Assembly: GCA_963789075.1 (NCBI GenBank)
Contig: CAWBJQ010000003.1
Location: 102,004-166,003 of the forward strand
Direction of reading: 5' to 3'
Source: an uncultured Acidobacteriota bacterium
Lineage (GTDB): Bacteria; Acidobacteriota; Vicinamibacteria; Vicinamibacterales; CAVVIG01
Length of the DNA stretch: 64,000 nt
A program made the position numbers and the translations under genes. The notes under the pieces are model-generated. The model saw only the letters and a list, made by a program, of their open reading frames with translations, was not told the origin of the DNA and searched no databases. Positions 52,296-62,252 of this stretch are shown here, in pieces (position 1 is the stretch's first letter; each line of letters opens with the position of its first letter).

Positions 52296-53010
52296 CGAGG
52301 TCCTGGCGCCGCACTGCGTGTCGTCGATCGCCACGGCGCGGAGACCCGCATCGCGCCACCGAGGGAGCCATTCGCCCACCGCTTTCAGCGTCTCCTCACG
52401 ATCCGCGCCGAGCGCCTGATGAGAGCCGTCGTGCAGAACGAGGATGTCGCGCTCCGACACGCGCGCGAGCTGTTGCCCCAACCGAGCGGCGGGACGGCCA
52501 TCCCAATCGTGCCCAATCACCGTCCACATCACGACGTGATGGAGGCCACTCGCCTTCACCGCCGCCGTCAGCTGCGGGCCCCGAAATCCCCAGGGCGGCC
52601 GGAAGAGCGTCGGTCGTATCCCCGCGGCGTCTTCAATCGACTCCTGGCAGCGCCGCAGTTCGTCGCAGATCTGCTGTCTCGACCGCCATACCGAGATTCG
52701 GATGCGTGTCGGTGTGATTGCCGAGGACATGACCTCGGGCGGCGATCTCGCGGACGATATCCGGGCACGCACGCGTCCACCGTCCGATGACGAAGAAGGT
52801 CGCACGCGCCTCGTGCCGATCGAGGAGGTCGAGCAGTCGCGGTGTGACGGCAGGATTGGGACCATCGTCGAAGGTCAACGCGACCAATCGCGCGGAGCTC
52901 GTGCGACGAATCGTCGGGCCAAATAGTTGGGACGCTGGATGAAAGGCCCCCCACGCCGCGAGTCCCGCCGGCACGGCGGCGGCCCCGAGGACGAACGGCC
53001 AGGTTGCCAT
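52270..53010 (-). CDS. NodB-type (CE4) polysaccharide deacetylase (frameshift ~52695; 3' end approximate)
   Basis: VALTFDDGP, ATFFVIG, GNHTDTH, LFRPPWG, ILVLHDG. Confidence 0.88.
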
Positions 53011-53018
53011 ACGACGGC

Positions 53019-54335
53019 TCACGGCACGAGCTGATTCAGTTCGCCGGTTTCCGTGCGGAGTTGGAGATCGGCTTGTTGGCGCTCGTACTCGGCCATGAAG
53101 AGCGCCGTCCACGCTGCCGCCTCGTCGAGTTGCGCCTTTGCGAGATCGGCCTGAGCCGCGCGTCCCTCGGCGGCGCGCTCTCGGAGCACGCGGATGCTCT
53201 CTTCGGCGAGCTGCACTTCCAGATCCGCAACATCGCGCTTCGCGACGGACCCACGGAGCTGCTGGGCGGCTCGACGGACGTTCAACGCCAGCTCCGCGCG
53301 CCTGGCGCGAAGGGTCGCCTCCGCCTCGATGAGCTCGCTTTGCGCGAGGGCAATCGACGCACCAGTGGCGGGGTTGAGGATCGGCACGGACGCCTGAACG
53401 CCGACGTTGACGTTATTCCGTTGAAAGGCCAGAAAGTACGTATCGTAGTTATTGTATCGACCGAGCACCGAGTAAGTGCCAACCAGATCGAGCGATGGCC
53501 AGTAGCCTTTCCGCTGCGCGGCCAGATGCTCCTCGCTCGCGCGTCGCTCAGCCTCGACGACCCGCAGTTCCGGACTGTTCGCTTCAGCAGCGGCGACCAG
53601 CGTGTCCATCGTCCGATCGGGCGACCGAGGCAGCCCCTCGAGGGCGATCTGCAACGGCTGTCCCGGGTCGACACCGGTCGCGTCGCGGAGCTGCTGCTCG
53701 ATCACGGACGCGCGGCCTTCCAGGTCGATGATCTGCTGCCGCGCGCGGGCCGCCGAGAGACGCGCGCGCAGCACATCGCTGCGCAGGGCACGCCCTTCGG
53801 CCAGTTGGTTGAGCGTCACGTCGACCAACTCATCGACGCCCGTCACCGCGCTCGCCTGGCGCTCGAGCGATCGGCGAATGGCGACGAGCTCGAGGTACAT
53901 CGACGCCGTTTGCAGGATCACCGCCGCTCGCACCTGCGCCACGGACAGGCGCTGCGCTTCCGCATGTCCATCGGCGGACTGGACGTCGGCACGGGCCGAA
54001 GCGTTGAACAGTGTTTGCGAGTAGGCGAGATGGAAGAGGGACGGAATATTGCCGCCAGGCGCAAGCGGAAACCCACTCGTGTATTGCGCACCGGTACCTG
54101 TAAACAAACTTGGCTGAAAACGCGCATGCGCTTTTTCGGCCTGCGAGGTGGCGGATCGCTGCTTCGCCAGCGCTTCCGCGATCTGCGGGCTGCGCTGCAC
54201 GGCCAAGGCGAGCGTCTCCTTGAGGGTGAGCGGCGATTGCGGCGACTGGGCCATGACTCTGGCGCCGTCGAAGGACAACGCCGCCACGAGTACCGTCCAT
54301 CGGGTCCATCGGATCAAAGTCGTCCGTTTATTCAT
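53019..54335 (-). CDS. TolC-family outer-membrane efflux protein
   Basis: Signal peptide, LTLKETLALAVQRSP, two OEP repeats, YWPSLDLVG. Confidence 0.9.
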   Translation of the reverse strand: MNKRTTLIRWTRWTVLVAALSFDGARVMAQSPQSPLTLKETLALAVQRSPQIAEALAKQRSATSQAEKAHARFQPSLFTGTGAQYTSGFPLAPGGNIPSLFHLAYSQTLFNASARADVQSADGHAEAQRLSVAQVRAAVILQTASMYLELVAIRRSLERQASAVTGVDELVDVTLNQLAEGRALRSDVLRARLSAARARQQIIDLEGRASVIEQQLRDATGVDPGQPLQIALEGLPRSPDRTMDTLVAAAEANSPELRVVEAERRASEEHLAAQRKGYWPSLDLVGTYSVLGRYNNYDTYFLAFQRNNVNVGVQASVPILNPATGASIALAQSELIEAEATLRARRAELALNVRRAAQQLRGSVAKRDVADLEVQLAEESIRVLRERAAEGRAAQADLAKAQLDEAAAWTALFMAEYERQQADLQLRTETGELNQLVP

Positions 54336-55533
54336 AGCGCAGTGCATCCACGGCTTCGAGGTTCGCGGCCCGATTGGCTGGCAGATAGCCGAAAAACAGG
54401 CCGGCTCCCGCCGACACCGCGAACGCCACGACGATTGAGAGTCCCGACACCTGAACCATCACACCTGACGGCAGAAACAGACGGGCAAGGGCGAGCACGA
54501 TCAGAGCGACGGCAATCCCGCCGACCGCGCCACCGCCGCCAATCACCGCCGCCTCGCTCAGAAACTGCAAACGCACGTCCTTCCCGAGTCGCGCCAACCG
54601 GCTTTGCGCAGTCCGATTTCACGCGTTCTCTCAGCGACCGTCACGAGCATCACGTTCATGATGCCGATCCCGCTGATCAGAATCGCAATGACCGCGACAA
54701 CCAGCAGCGTCATGGTGAGCGCCCTGGAGATGCGGTGCGCGGCGGCCAGGAGTCCGGTCAAGTTTTCGACCACGTATTGCGCGCCCGTCCGATGCCTGAC
54801 GTCCAACAGCCGGCGCACCTCGTCGGTCACCTCTGGTTACTGCAGCGGGGCTGGTCGCTTGGGCGTAGAGCACGCGGAGAAAATCCTGTCCGGTCGCCGC
54901 CGACAAGGCGCGATGAGGAATGAGCGCCGACTCACGCTGAATCTCCGACGCACCAAACGTCGAGACGCGCTCGCTGAACGTGCCGATCACCGTCAGAGGC
55001 AGCGTATTGATCCGAGCGATCGAGCCGATCGGATCTTCGTCGGGGAACATGCGAGCCGCGAGGCTCTCGGTCAACAGGCACACTTTCGATCCCAACGCGA
55101 GCTCGTCATCGTCGAAATAGCGTCCTTTGACGATCGAGAGATTGCGAATGTGTTGAAATCCGGCGGTCACACCGATCAGCCGGATCCCACGCTCTTGTCC
55201 ACTCGCCACGACGGTTGCGGGCTCGTCCCGGGTGCCCGCCACGTCGACGACGTCGGGAATTTCCGTCCGGATGGCCTCCAGGTCGCCGATCCTCAGTTCG
55301 TCTGCCCGCATCGCCGGGCGATCGCTGTCCGCGTGCACGCGCGTTGCGTACACAAGGTTCGCCCCGACGCCTTCGATCTGCTCGACGACGTACTGCTGCG
55401 CCGTGGCAGCGACGCTGACCACCAGCACGATCGAGGCGCTGCCGAGCACGACGCCGAGCGTGCTGAGAACCGCCCTCGTTCGGTATTCGTGGAGGGCGCC
55501 GAACGCGATGCTCCAGGTCTCAGTCGTTCGCAT
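54328..55533 (-). CDS. MacB/FtsX-like ABC permease without fused ATPase (frameshifts ~54835 and ~54600)
   Basis: [66 protein letters not shown]. Confidence 0.9.
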
Positions 55534-56736
55534 CAGGCCGACTCAGTAGAGATCGCGCTCGGTCCGCACCCGTCGTGAACCGCGACGATGGGCACCAACT
55601 GGCCGCGCACAAGGTGGAACTCGCGTCCGCGCCACTCGATCCGGTCGATAGACATGCGCGGCGCACGCCACGAGAAAACTGATCGCGTCGCGGACCGGCA
55701 GCAGCCACCACCGTCGTCGTACGGTGTCGTCGCGCAGAACGCCGGCGCCGACCACCCAGGCCATGGCCGTCCGCAGCACCATATAGGCAGCAATGTAAAC
55801 GCATGCGATGACGGCCGACGAAGACACGGCGACCGCAGCGATGGTCCAGGGCAGTCCGTGCGTGACAAGGGTCCGTACGAGATAGCTCCAGGGCCGGCAT
55901 TGCCGCTGCGTGATCGCCCAGCGTAGCTCGTGCCGGAAGAACGGAGCAAACGTCGCCGCGACGCACACGGTTCGAACGACGCAATCGGCCAACGCGACGC
56001 GGTAGCCTTGCGCGGCCACGCGAGAGCCGAGCTCGAAATCGTCGGCGCACCGGTCGACCATCGCCTCGAATCCGCCAATCTCGGACAGATGGGCGCGGGT
56101 CGTCGCCATGGTCGCGCCGAGCGCAAACCGCACGCCTTCCACTCGTTCGGCTACCAGCACACCCGCCATGAAGTCGGCGGAGATCCCGAGCGCTTCCAGA
56201 TCCGCCCACACGTGCCGGCCGTCGGGGACGCCGCGATACAGACAGGTCACGACGCCGACGCTCGCGTCGTTGAACGCCGCTGCGACCGCTCGGAGATATC
56301 CGGTGGGGACGCTCACGTCGCTGTCGCAGATCACGAACAGGTCATGACGCGCTTCCCGCACGAGGCGACAGAGGGTGCTCACCTTGCTGTTGGGGCCAAC
56401 GTCAGGGATGCCGCTCACGAGCCGGATCGAGCGATCTGGAAACTCGGCGATCAATCGCTGCACGATCGCAATCGCCGCATCATCAGGATCCGCAACGCCG
56501 AAGATGATCTCGTAATCGGCATAGTCCTGCCGGCAGAACGTGGCGTAATGCCCGTAAGCGCCCGGATCGATGCCGCGCACGGGCTTCAGCACGCTCACCG
56601 CGGGCGCAGATGCCGGGTTGAAACGCGGAATCCGCCGATTGAGGAAGCGGACCGCCGTGGCGATCGCGATCGCGTAGTACACGAGCGGCAGGCACGCGGC
56701 GCCAAGAATGCTCCGCGCGAGCCAGATGGGTATCAT
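55533..56736 (-). CDS. hpnI: Bacteriohopanetetrol glucosamine glycosyltransferase HpnI (GT21-like; frameshift ~55660)
   Basis: SVLKPVRG, QDY..YEIIFGV, GPNSKV, CDSDV, FALGATMA, ADDFELG, HELRW, IEWRG. Confidence 0.88.
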
Positions 56737-56745
56737 CGCGAGGCC

Positions 56746-57114
56746 TCAGCCGGCGAGGACGAGCAGCACGCCGGAGCAGATGAGCACAATACCGGCCCAC
56801 CGGCCGGCGCTCAGACGCTCGGACAGGAAATACCGCGCGCCGATGGCCCCGATGACGTAACTCAACGCCGTGGCCGGTACCGCGACGCTCACATCTTCCC
56901 AGGAGAGCAGCGCGAGCAACGAGAAGAAGGCCACTGCCTGCAGCCCCAGGCTCACCCACATCGATCGAAGACGGAATGCCCGGGTCAGCGAGGACATGAT
57001 GGCAGACGGTGTGAAATCCACCACTTCGCCGGTCTGCTTCATGGCATACGCCGCGGCAAGATCACCGCCTGTCCCCGTCGCCAGGAGAACCGATAGACAC
57101 CACAAGGTGCGCAT
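56746..57114 (-). CDS. Small EamA/SMR-like (ArnE/ArnF-like) membrane protein
   Basis: 4 TM; LLSWEDVSVAVPATALSY, LSERLSAGRWAGIVLI. Confidence 0.85.
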   Translation of the reverse strand: MRTLWCLSVLLATGTGGDLAAAYAMKQTGEVVDFTPSAIMSSLTRAFRLRSMWVSLGLQAVAFFSLLALLSWEDVSVAVPATALSYVIGAIGARYFLSERLSAGRWAGIVLICSGVLLVLAG

Positions 57115-57117
57115 GGC

Positions 57118-57519
57118 TCAGCCCCGATCCGTCGCGCGTTGCGTGCTGATCGGTGTGCGTCCCACGAGCGCAACCCCGATCGCGACGAGCAGCACGCCAA
57201 CCCATCGAATGGCCCCGACCGTCTCTCCGCCGAACACGTGGCCGAGCAGTGGGACGACGATGTAGCCGCTCGCGGAAGCGGGCAGCACATAGCTGTAGTC
57301 GGCCCAGGAGAGCAGCAGAAGGTGCAGGATGTAAAACAGTATCAGGCTCGCGATGCCGGCGAGGATCGCGCCGGTCGTGAACGCCCCCGCGAGTACGTTC
57401 AGCAGCGGCCCGATCGACCAGGTGCGAACTTCGCCCACCTGCTTCATCCCGGCGCTGAGCAGGAAGTTTCCCATCGAATTGAACAGGACCGTCAGCGCCA
57501 GCAGTGTGTAGGTCCGCAT
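57118..57519 (-). CDS. Small EamA/SMR-like (ArnE/ArnF-like) membrane protein
   Basis: 4 TM; LLSWADYSYVLPASASGY, GETVGAIRWVGVLL. Confidence 0.85.
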   Translation of the reverse strand: MRTYTLLALTVLFNSMGNFLLSAGMKQVGEVRTWSIGPLLNVLAGAFTTGAILAGIASLILFYILHLLLLSWADYSYVLPASASGYIVVPLLGHVFGGETVGAIRWVGVLLVAIGVALVGRTPISTQRATDRG

Positions 57520-57556
57520 CGAGCGGACGGTCGCAGACGGCGCGTCGTCCCACGGT

Positions 57557-59036
57557 TCAACGGGGATCATCGGCTCCGGCGACGGCTAGGGGCTGGCCGC
57601 GCCCAACGCGCGCCCGCGCCATCCGCCGGCGTTCATGGAGATAGTCGAAGAACTCGCCGCCCTCCCGCAGACGGCGGACCAGCATCTGCCGGTCTGTCGC
57701 CATTTCGCGCAGGAAGCGCAGAATCGGCTTGAACCGGAAATAGAAGCGCCGATACATCCGCTCGACCGCATCTTCAATTTCGTCGGCGGTCAGGTGCGCG
57801 TACCGCAAGGTCGAGACCTGTATGCCGGTCTTCGAGACGAGGGCCTGTTCATCCAGCCATCCGTTCGCGCGCGCGTCCTGATACAGCTCGGTGCCTGGAT
57901 ACGGTGCCGCGATCGACACCTGAATCGAGAACGGATCGATCTCCTCGGCGAAGCGGATGGTCTCCTCGATGGTCTCGTGCGTCTCGATCGGCAGGCCGAT
58001 CATGAACGTCCCGTGGACGCGGATGCCAAGGCTGGCAGTTCCTCATGAAGGTGCGCGCGGTCTCGAGGCTGAGGCCTTTCTTCGCGCGGTCCAGAATCTG
58101 CTGATTGCCCGATTCGAACCCGACGAGCAGCAGGCGCAGACCGTCGTCGCGCAGCTCGCGCAGCGTTTCGTAGTCGAGATGCGCGCGCGCGTTGCAGGAC
58201 CAGGTCAGCTTCAGCTTCTTGAGGCCCCTGGCGATCTCGACGGCGCGCTCGCGATCGATCGTGAACGTGTCGTCGTCGAACATCCACTCGCGGACGCGGT
58301 CGCCGAACAGCTCCTTGCCGATCTCCATTTCGCGTACGACGGCAGCCGGCGATTTGGTGCGATACGCGTGGCCGCCGATCGTTTGCGGCCACAGACAGAA
58401 CGTGCACTTCGCCGGGCACCCGCGCCCTGTGTAGAACGAAACGTACGGATGGAGCAGATAGCCGATGAAGTAGCGTTCGATCTGCAGATCGCGATGATAG
58501 ACGGGCAGCACGCTCGGCATGGCGTCCCAGTCGTGAATGAGCGCCCGCTCGGGGTTGTGTCTGATCCGGCCCTCGCGATCGCGCCAGCTCAGGCCCGTGA
58601 TCGTGGGCCACGCGTTCCCTTGCGCCAGCTCGAGGCACGTGTAGTCGAACTCGTTGCGGCACACGAAATCGATCACGTCGGACTGGCGCAGTGTCTCCTC
58701 GGGCAGAACGGCGACGTGAGCGCCGATGAAGCCGATCGACGCATGCGGGTTCTTCGCCTTGATCGCCTCAGCGCACCGGATGTCGTTCGGCAGCGACGGC
58801 GTGCTGGTGTGAAGGATGAACAGCTCGTAGTCGTTCGCGATCGCCAGCACGTCCTCGATCGTCTGGTGATGGGGAGGCGCGTCCATGAGCCGGCTGCCCG
58901 GCACGAGGGCCGCAGGCTGCGCGAGCCAGGTCGGAAACCAGTAGGACGTGATCTCGCGCTTCGCCTGATATCGCGCACCCGCTCCTCCGTCGAAACCGTC
59001 GAACGAGGGCGGACTGAGAAAGAGCGTTTTCAGCAT
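57557..59036 (-). CDS. hpnJ: Hopanoid-associated radical SAM protein HpnJ (frameshift ~58035)
   Basis: KTLFLSPPSFDGFDGGAGARYQAKREI..WFPTWLAQPAA, GRGCPAKCTFCLWPQT (CxxxCxxC). Confidence 0.93.
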
Positions 59037-59045
59037 GGATCATTC

Positions 59046-60111
59046 CTACCGGAGACGAGTGAGGGTCATTTCGATCGACCGCTGACGTCCGTCGGCCCGG
59101 GCCCACTGGACGAGGATCGGACATTGATACGGACCCTCCGCGATCGTCCCCTTGCCCGTCAACTCGCGGTCGGTGACCAGCAGGCTCACCGACCGCTTCA
59201 TTCGAAGGAACCGGCGCGCCGGAACCGCGACGAGGCGCGCGAACAGGTTCTCCATCATCGATTCGCTCATCCGGAACGCCTCGAACACCTTGTTGCAGAC
59301 CTGGACGAAATCGTACGTCGCGTAATCGATCGTCCGGTTCGGGATGCCCCATGGATCGGTCAGCAGATATCCGTCCCTTCTCCGCCACGAATCGCAGCGG
59401 GTTCCCGAGCACTTCCCGGAGATCGTGCCGCATCAGCAATGTCTCGTACTCGTTGACGGTCAGCCCCGCGTGCCGCTCGCTCGCCGCCAGCGCCAGGTGC
59501 ACGCGCCCATTCTGGACGCCATGCCGTCCAATCAGCTCCTGCATCTGTTCGTACAAGCCGATGCGCGAGTCCTTCAGGTTCAATGAGTCGATCGGATGTG
59601 ACGACATGGGAATCACGAACGGCTCGCGCGCCACCACTTCCTCGTGGTGGAACCCGATGACGCTGGTCAACCGGCGGCGCGGCTGGTCGTTGCACACCCC
59701 GTCGAGATCAACGAAGTACACCGGCTCGTTCGGACGGTTCACGTAGTTGACGCAATTACTGAGGCCGGCCGCGATGAACGCCAGATGCGCGTCCGCGTTC
59801 TTCGGCTCGACGGTGCGCTGAACGTCGGTCAGCTCCTCGCGTCGATTCAGATCGTCGTGCCGATAGCCGGCGCCCTCGGGAAACATCCGCCGGAACACGT
59901 GAATATACGGGCCGATGCCCAGCTGCGCCTGACTGAGACGGGAGGCGAGGCCCTGATCGAGATATCCAGCCGTCGTGTGGAACGAGGAGTAGAGCGCACG
60001 TGGGAACTCCTCCAGCCCAGCGCCTTTGGCGACGGCCTCCTTGCGCACGTCGATGAGATCGAAGCGGGCGCCAGGTGTGACTTCCAACATCAGTTCGACG
60101 GGATCATGCAT
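59046..60111 (-). CDS. Tandem YjbQ/UPF0047-like domain protein (frameshift ~59365)
   Basis: Domain 1: HTTAG, YRHD, NADAHL, YFVDLDG..PRRR. Domain 2: HAGLTVNE..RHDL, SVSLLV, GPYQ. Confidence 0.65.
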
Positions 60112-60120
60112 GGCGCGACC

Positions 60121-61137
60121 TCAGGCGACGGAGCGGCCGCGACCCGTCGCCCGCTTGACGTATCCCCGTTCCATGTACCATCCAACCGCGCGATCGAGCG
60201 CCGCCTCAATCGCGCCCGACTCGAATCCGAGCTCGCGCCGCGCTTTCGACACGTCGACGAACATCACGTGACGCGCCATCCGAACCGCTTCGAGCGGCAC
60301 GACCGGTTCGGTTCCCCGCGCGCGCGCGACGAGCTGGCTGCCGCAGCCGACGGCCAGGGCCAGCGCGTGCGGAATGCGCAGGGACGGGGCGCGACGCCCG
60401 GTGAGACGGGCGAGCACGGCCCACAACTCCTTCAGAGCCACGTTCGGTCCGCCCAGAAGATATCGTTCTCCCACGCGGCCCCGCTCCGCGGCGATGAGAT
60501 GACCCGCCGCGACATCCTCGACCGGCACGAGATTGAGCCCGGTCTCCACGTACGCGAGCATACGCCCGCGGAGGAAATCGAGGATCATCCGGCCCGTCGG
60601 CGTCGGCTTCCAATCGCCAGGCCCGATAGGCGTCGTGGGATTGACGATGACCGCCGGCAGTCCTGACGCGGCGGCCGCACGTACCTCCTGTTCGGCCAGA
60701 AACTTCGAGCGCTTGTAGGCGCCGGTCATCTCGTCGAGGCGAGCCTCCGTCTCCTCGGTCGGCAGCGCGCCAGAGCGAGGCACTGCGATCGTCCCCACCG
60801 TGCTCGTGTAGATGAACCGCTCGAGGTCCGCTCGACGACACGCGTCGATCAGATTCCGCGTTCCGACGACGTTGCTCTCGTACAGCGCGGTGGGGTCCGA
60901 GGATCCCAGTCGATAGTCGGCGGCGACATGAAACACGCGCTGGACGCCTCGCACCGCCGAATTCAGCGATTCGCGATCGCGCAAATCGCCGAACACGATT
61001 TCGACGGGGAGTCCCTCCAGCGCGTGGAGGTGACTCGCCCGCCTCGCCAGCACGCGAACGTGATCGCCCCGATCGACGAGCTGGCGCGTCACATGGCTTC
61101 CGACGAACCCAGTGGCGCCGGTCACCAACGTGGTCAT
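60121..61137 (-). CDS. hpnA: Hopanoid-associated NAD-dependent epimerase/dehydratase HpnA
   Basis: LVTGATGFVG, FHVAADYRL, YKRSK, VNPTTPIGPGDWKPTPTG. Confidence 0.92.
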   Translation of the reverse strand: MTTLVTGATGFVGSHVTRQLVDRGDHVRVLARRASHLHALEGLPVEIVFGDLRDRESLNSAVRGVQRVFHVAADYRLGSSDPTALYESNVVGTRNLIDACRRADLERFIYTSTVGTIAVPRSGALPTEETEARLDEMTGAYKRSKFLAEQEVRAAAASGLPAVIVNPTTPIGPGDWKPTPTGRMILDFLRGRMLAYVETGLNLVPVEDVAAGHLIAAERGRVGERYLLGGPNVALKELWAVLARLTGRRAPSLRIPHALALAVGCGSQLVARARGTEPVVPLEAVRMARHVMFVDVSKARRELGFESGAIEAALDRAVGWYMERGYVKRATGRGRSVA

Positions 61138-62192
61138 GGCACGGGGCTCGAGTCGTGGAGCGGCGGCAAGGGCACTTCTGCCGAACCTCCTCCCAGCTGC
61201 CATCGGAGCAGTTTCCAGCTATCGGTCAGCCGACGATTGCCGCCGAGGACCGCGGACGGCTCGTAACCCACGTGAACCATGCAGTCTTCGCACCGCGGGT
61301 CGCGCCCGCGACCGTACGTCTCCCACGGTGTGCTGTCGAGGAACTCTTTGAACGTCGCGTGATGCGCATCGGTAATCAGATAGCAGGGCGCTTTCCATCC
61401 GCGCGTGTTGTAGGTGGGATTCGCCCAGGCCGTGCACATCATCTCTTCGCGCTCGCCCCGCAGATATTCCATGTAGATCGGGGAGGTCATCAGGTTGAAT
61501 CCGTCGAGCAGCCGCTGGGCCGCCTGGAACTTCTGATGAATCTCGGCGCGGTTCATGAACAGCTCTTTCGACTCGACCGCGGCATACGAGTACGCCGGCG
61601 ACAGCATGAATCCGTCGACACCCAGGCCGGTGAGAAATCCGAAGAGGTCGGCGATCTCTGCCATGTCCGTCTGCTTGTAAATCGTCGTATTCGAGCAGAC
61701 GAGGAACCCGGCCGCCTTGGCCGCCTTGATGCCTTCGATGGCTTCCCGGAACACGCCGGCGCGCTCGACGATGATGTCGTGCGTCGCTTCGAGGCCGTCG
61801 AGGTGCACATTGAAAAAGAAGCGCGACGAGGGACGGAACTCTTTCAGGCGGCGGCGGATGAACATGCCGTGGGTGCACAGATAGATGTGCCGCTTCCTCG
61901 CCAGAAGCTCGCTCACCAGTTTGCCGAGCTCGGGATAGATCGTCGGCTCGCCGCCGCAGATCGACACGATTGGCGCGCCGCACTCATCGGCCGCCGTCAG
62001 GCACTGCTCGACCGACAGCTTCTGGGTGATCGTCGGTTTGTACTCCCGGATGCGTCCGCAGCCGGTACACGTCAGGTTACACGCGTGCAGCGGTTCGAGC
62101 ATCATCACCAGCGGAAACTTCTCGACGCGCCGCAGTCGTTTGCCGGCGATGTAGCCAGTTACGCTGGCCGTCATGGTCAACGGAAATCTCAC
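61134..62192 (-). CDS. hpnH: Adenosylhopane synthase HpnH (radical SAM)
   Basis: FPLVMMLEPLHACNLTCTGCGRI, SICGGEP, HLDG, CTAWANPT, DPRCEDCMVHVGYE. Confidence 0.92.
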   Translation of the reverse strand: MRFPLTMTASVTGYIAGKRLRRVEKFPLVMMLEPLHACNLTCTGCGRIREYKPTITQKLSVEQCLTAADECGAPIVSICGGEPTIYPELGKLVSELLARKRHIYLCTHGMFIRRRLKEFRPSSRFFFNVHLDGLEATHDIIVERAGVFREAIEGIKAAKAAGFLVCSNTTIYKQTDMAEIADLFGFLTGLGVDGFMLSPAYSYAAVESKELFMNRAEIHQKFQAAQRLLDGFNLMTSPIYMEYLRGEREEMMCTAWANPTYNTRGWKAPCYLITDAHHATFKEFLDSTPWETYGRGRDPRCEDCMVHVGYEPSAVLGGNRRLTDSWKLLRWQLGGGSAEVPLPPLHDSSPVP

Positions 62193-62252
62193 TCTTGCCC
62201 CCTGTTGCACGGCTGGCACCCACGGCGCGCCTGGCGTGCAACCACCATCGGA

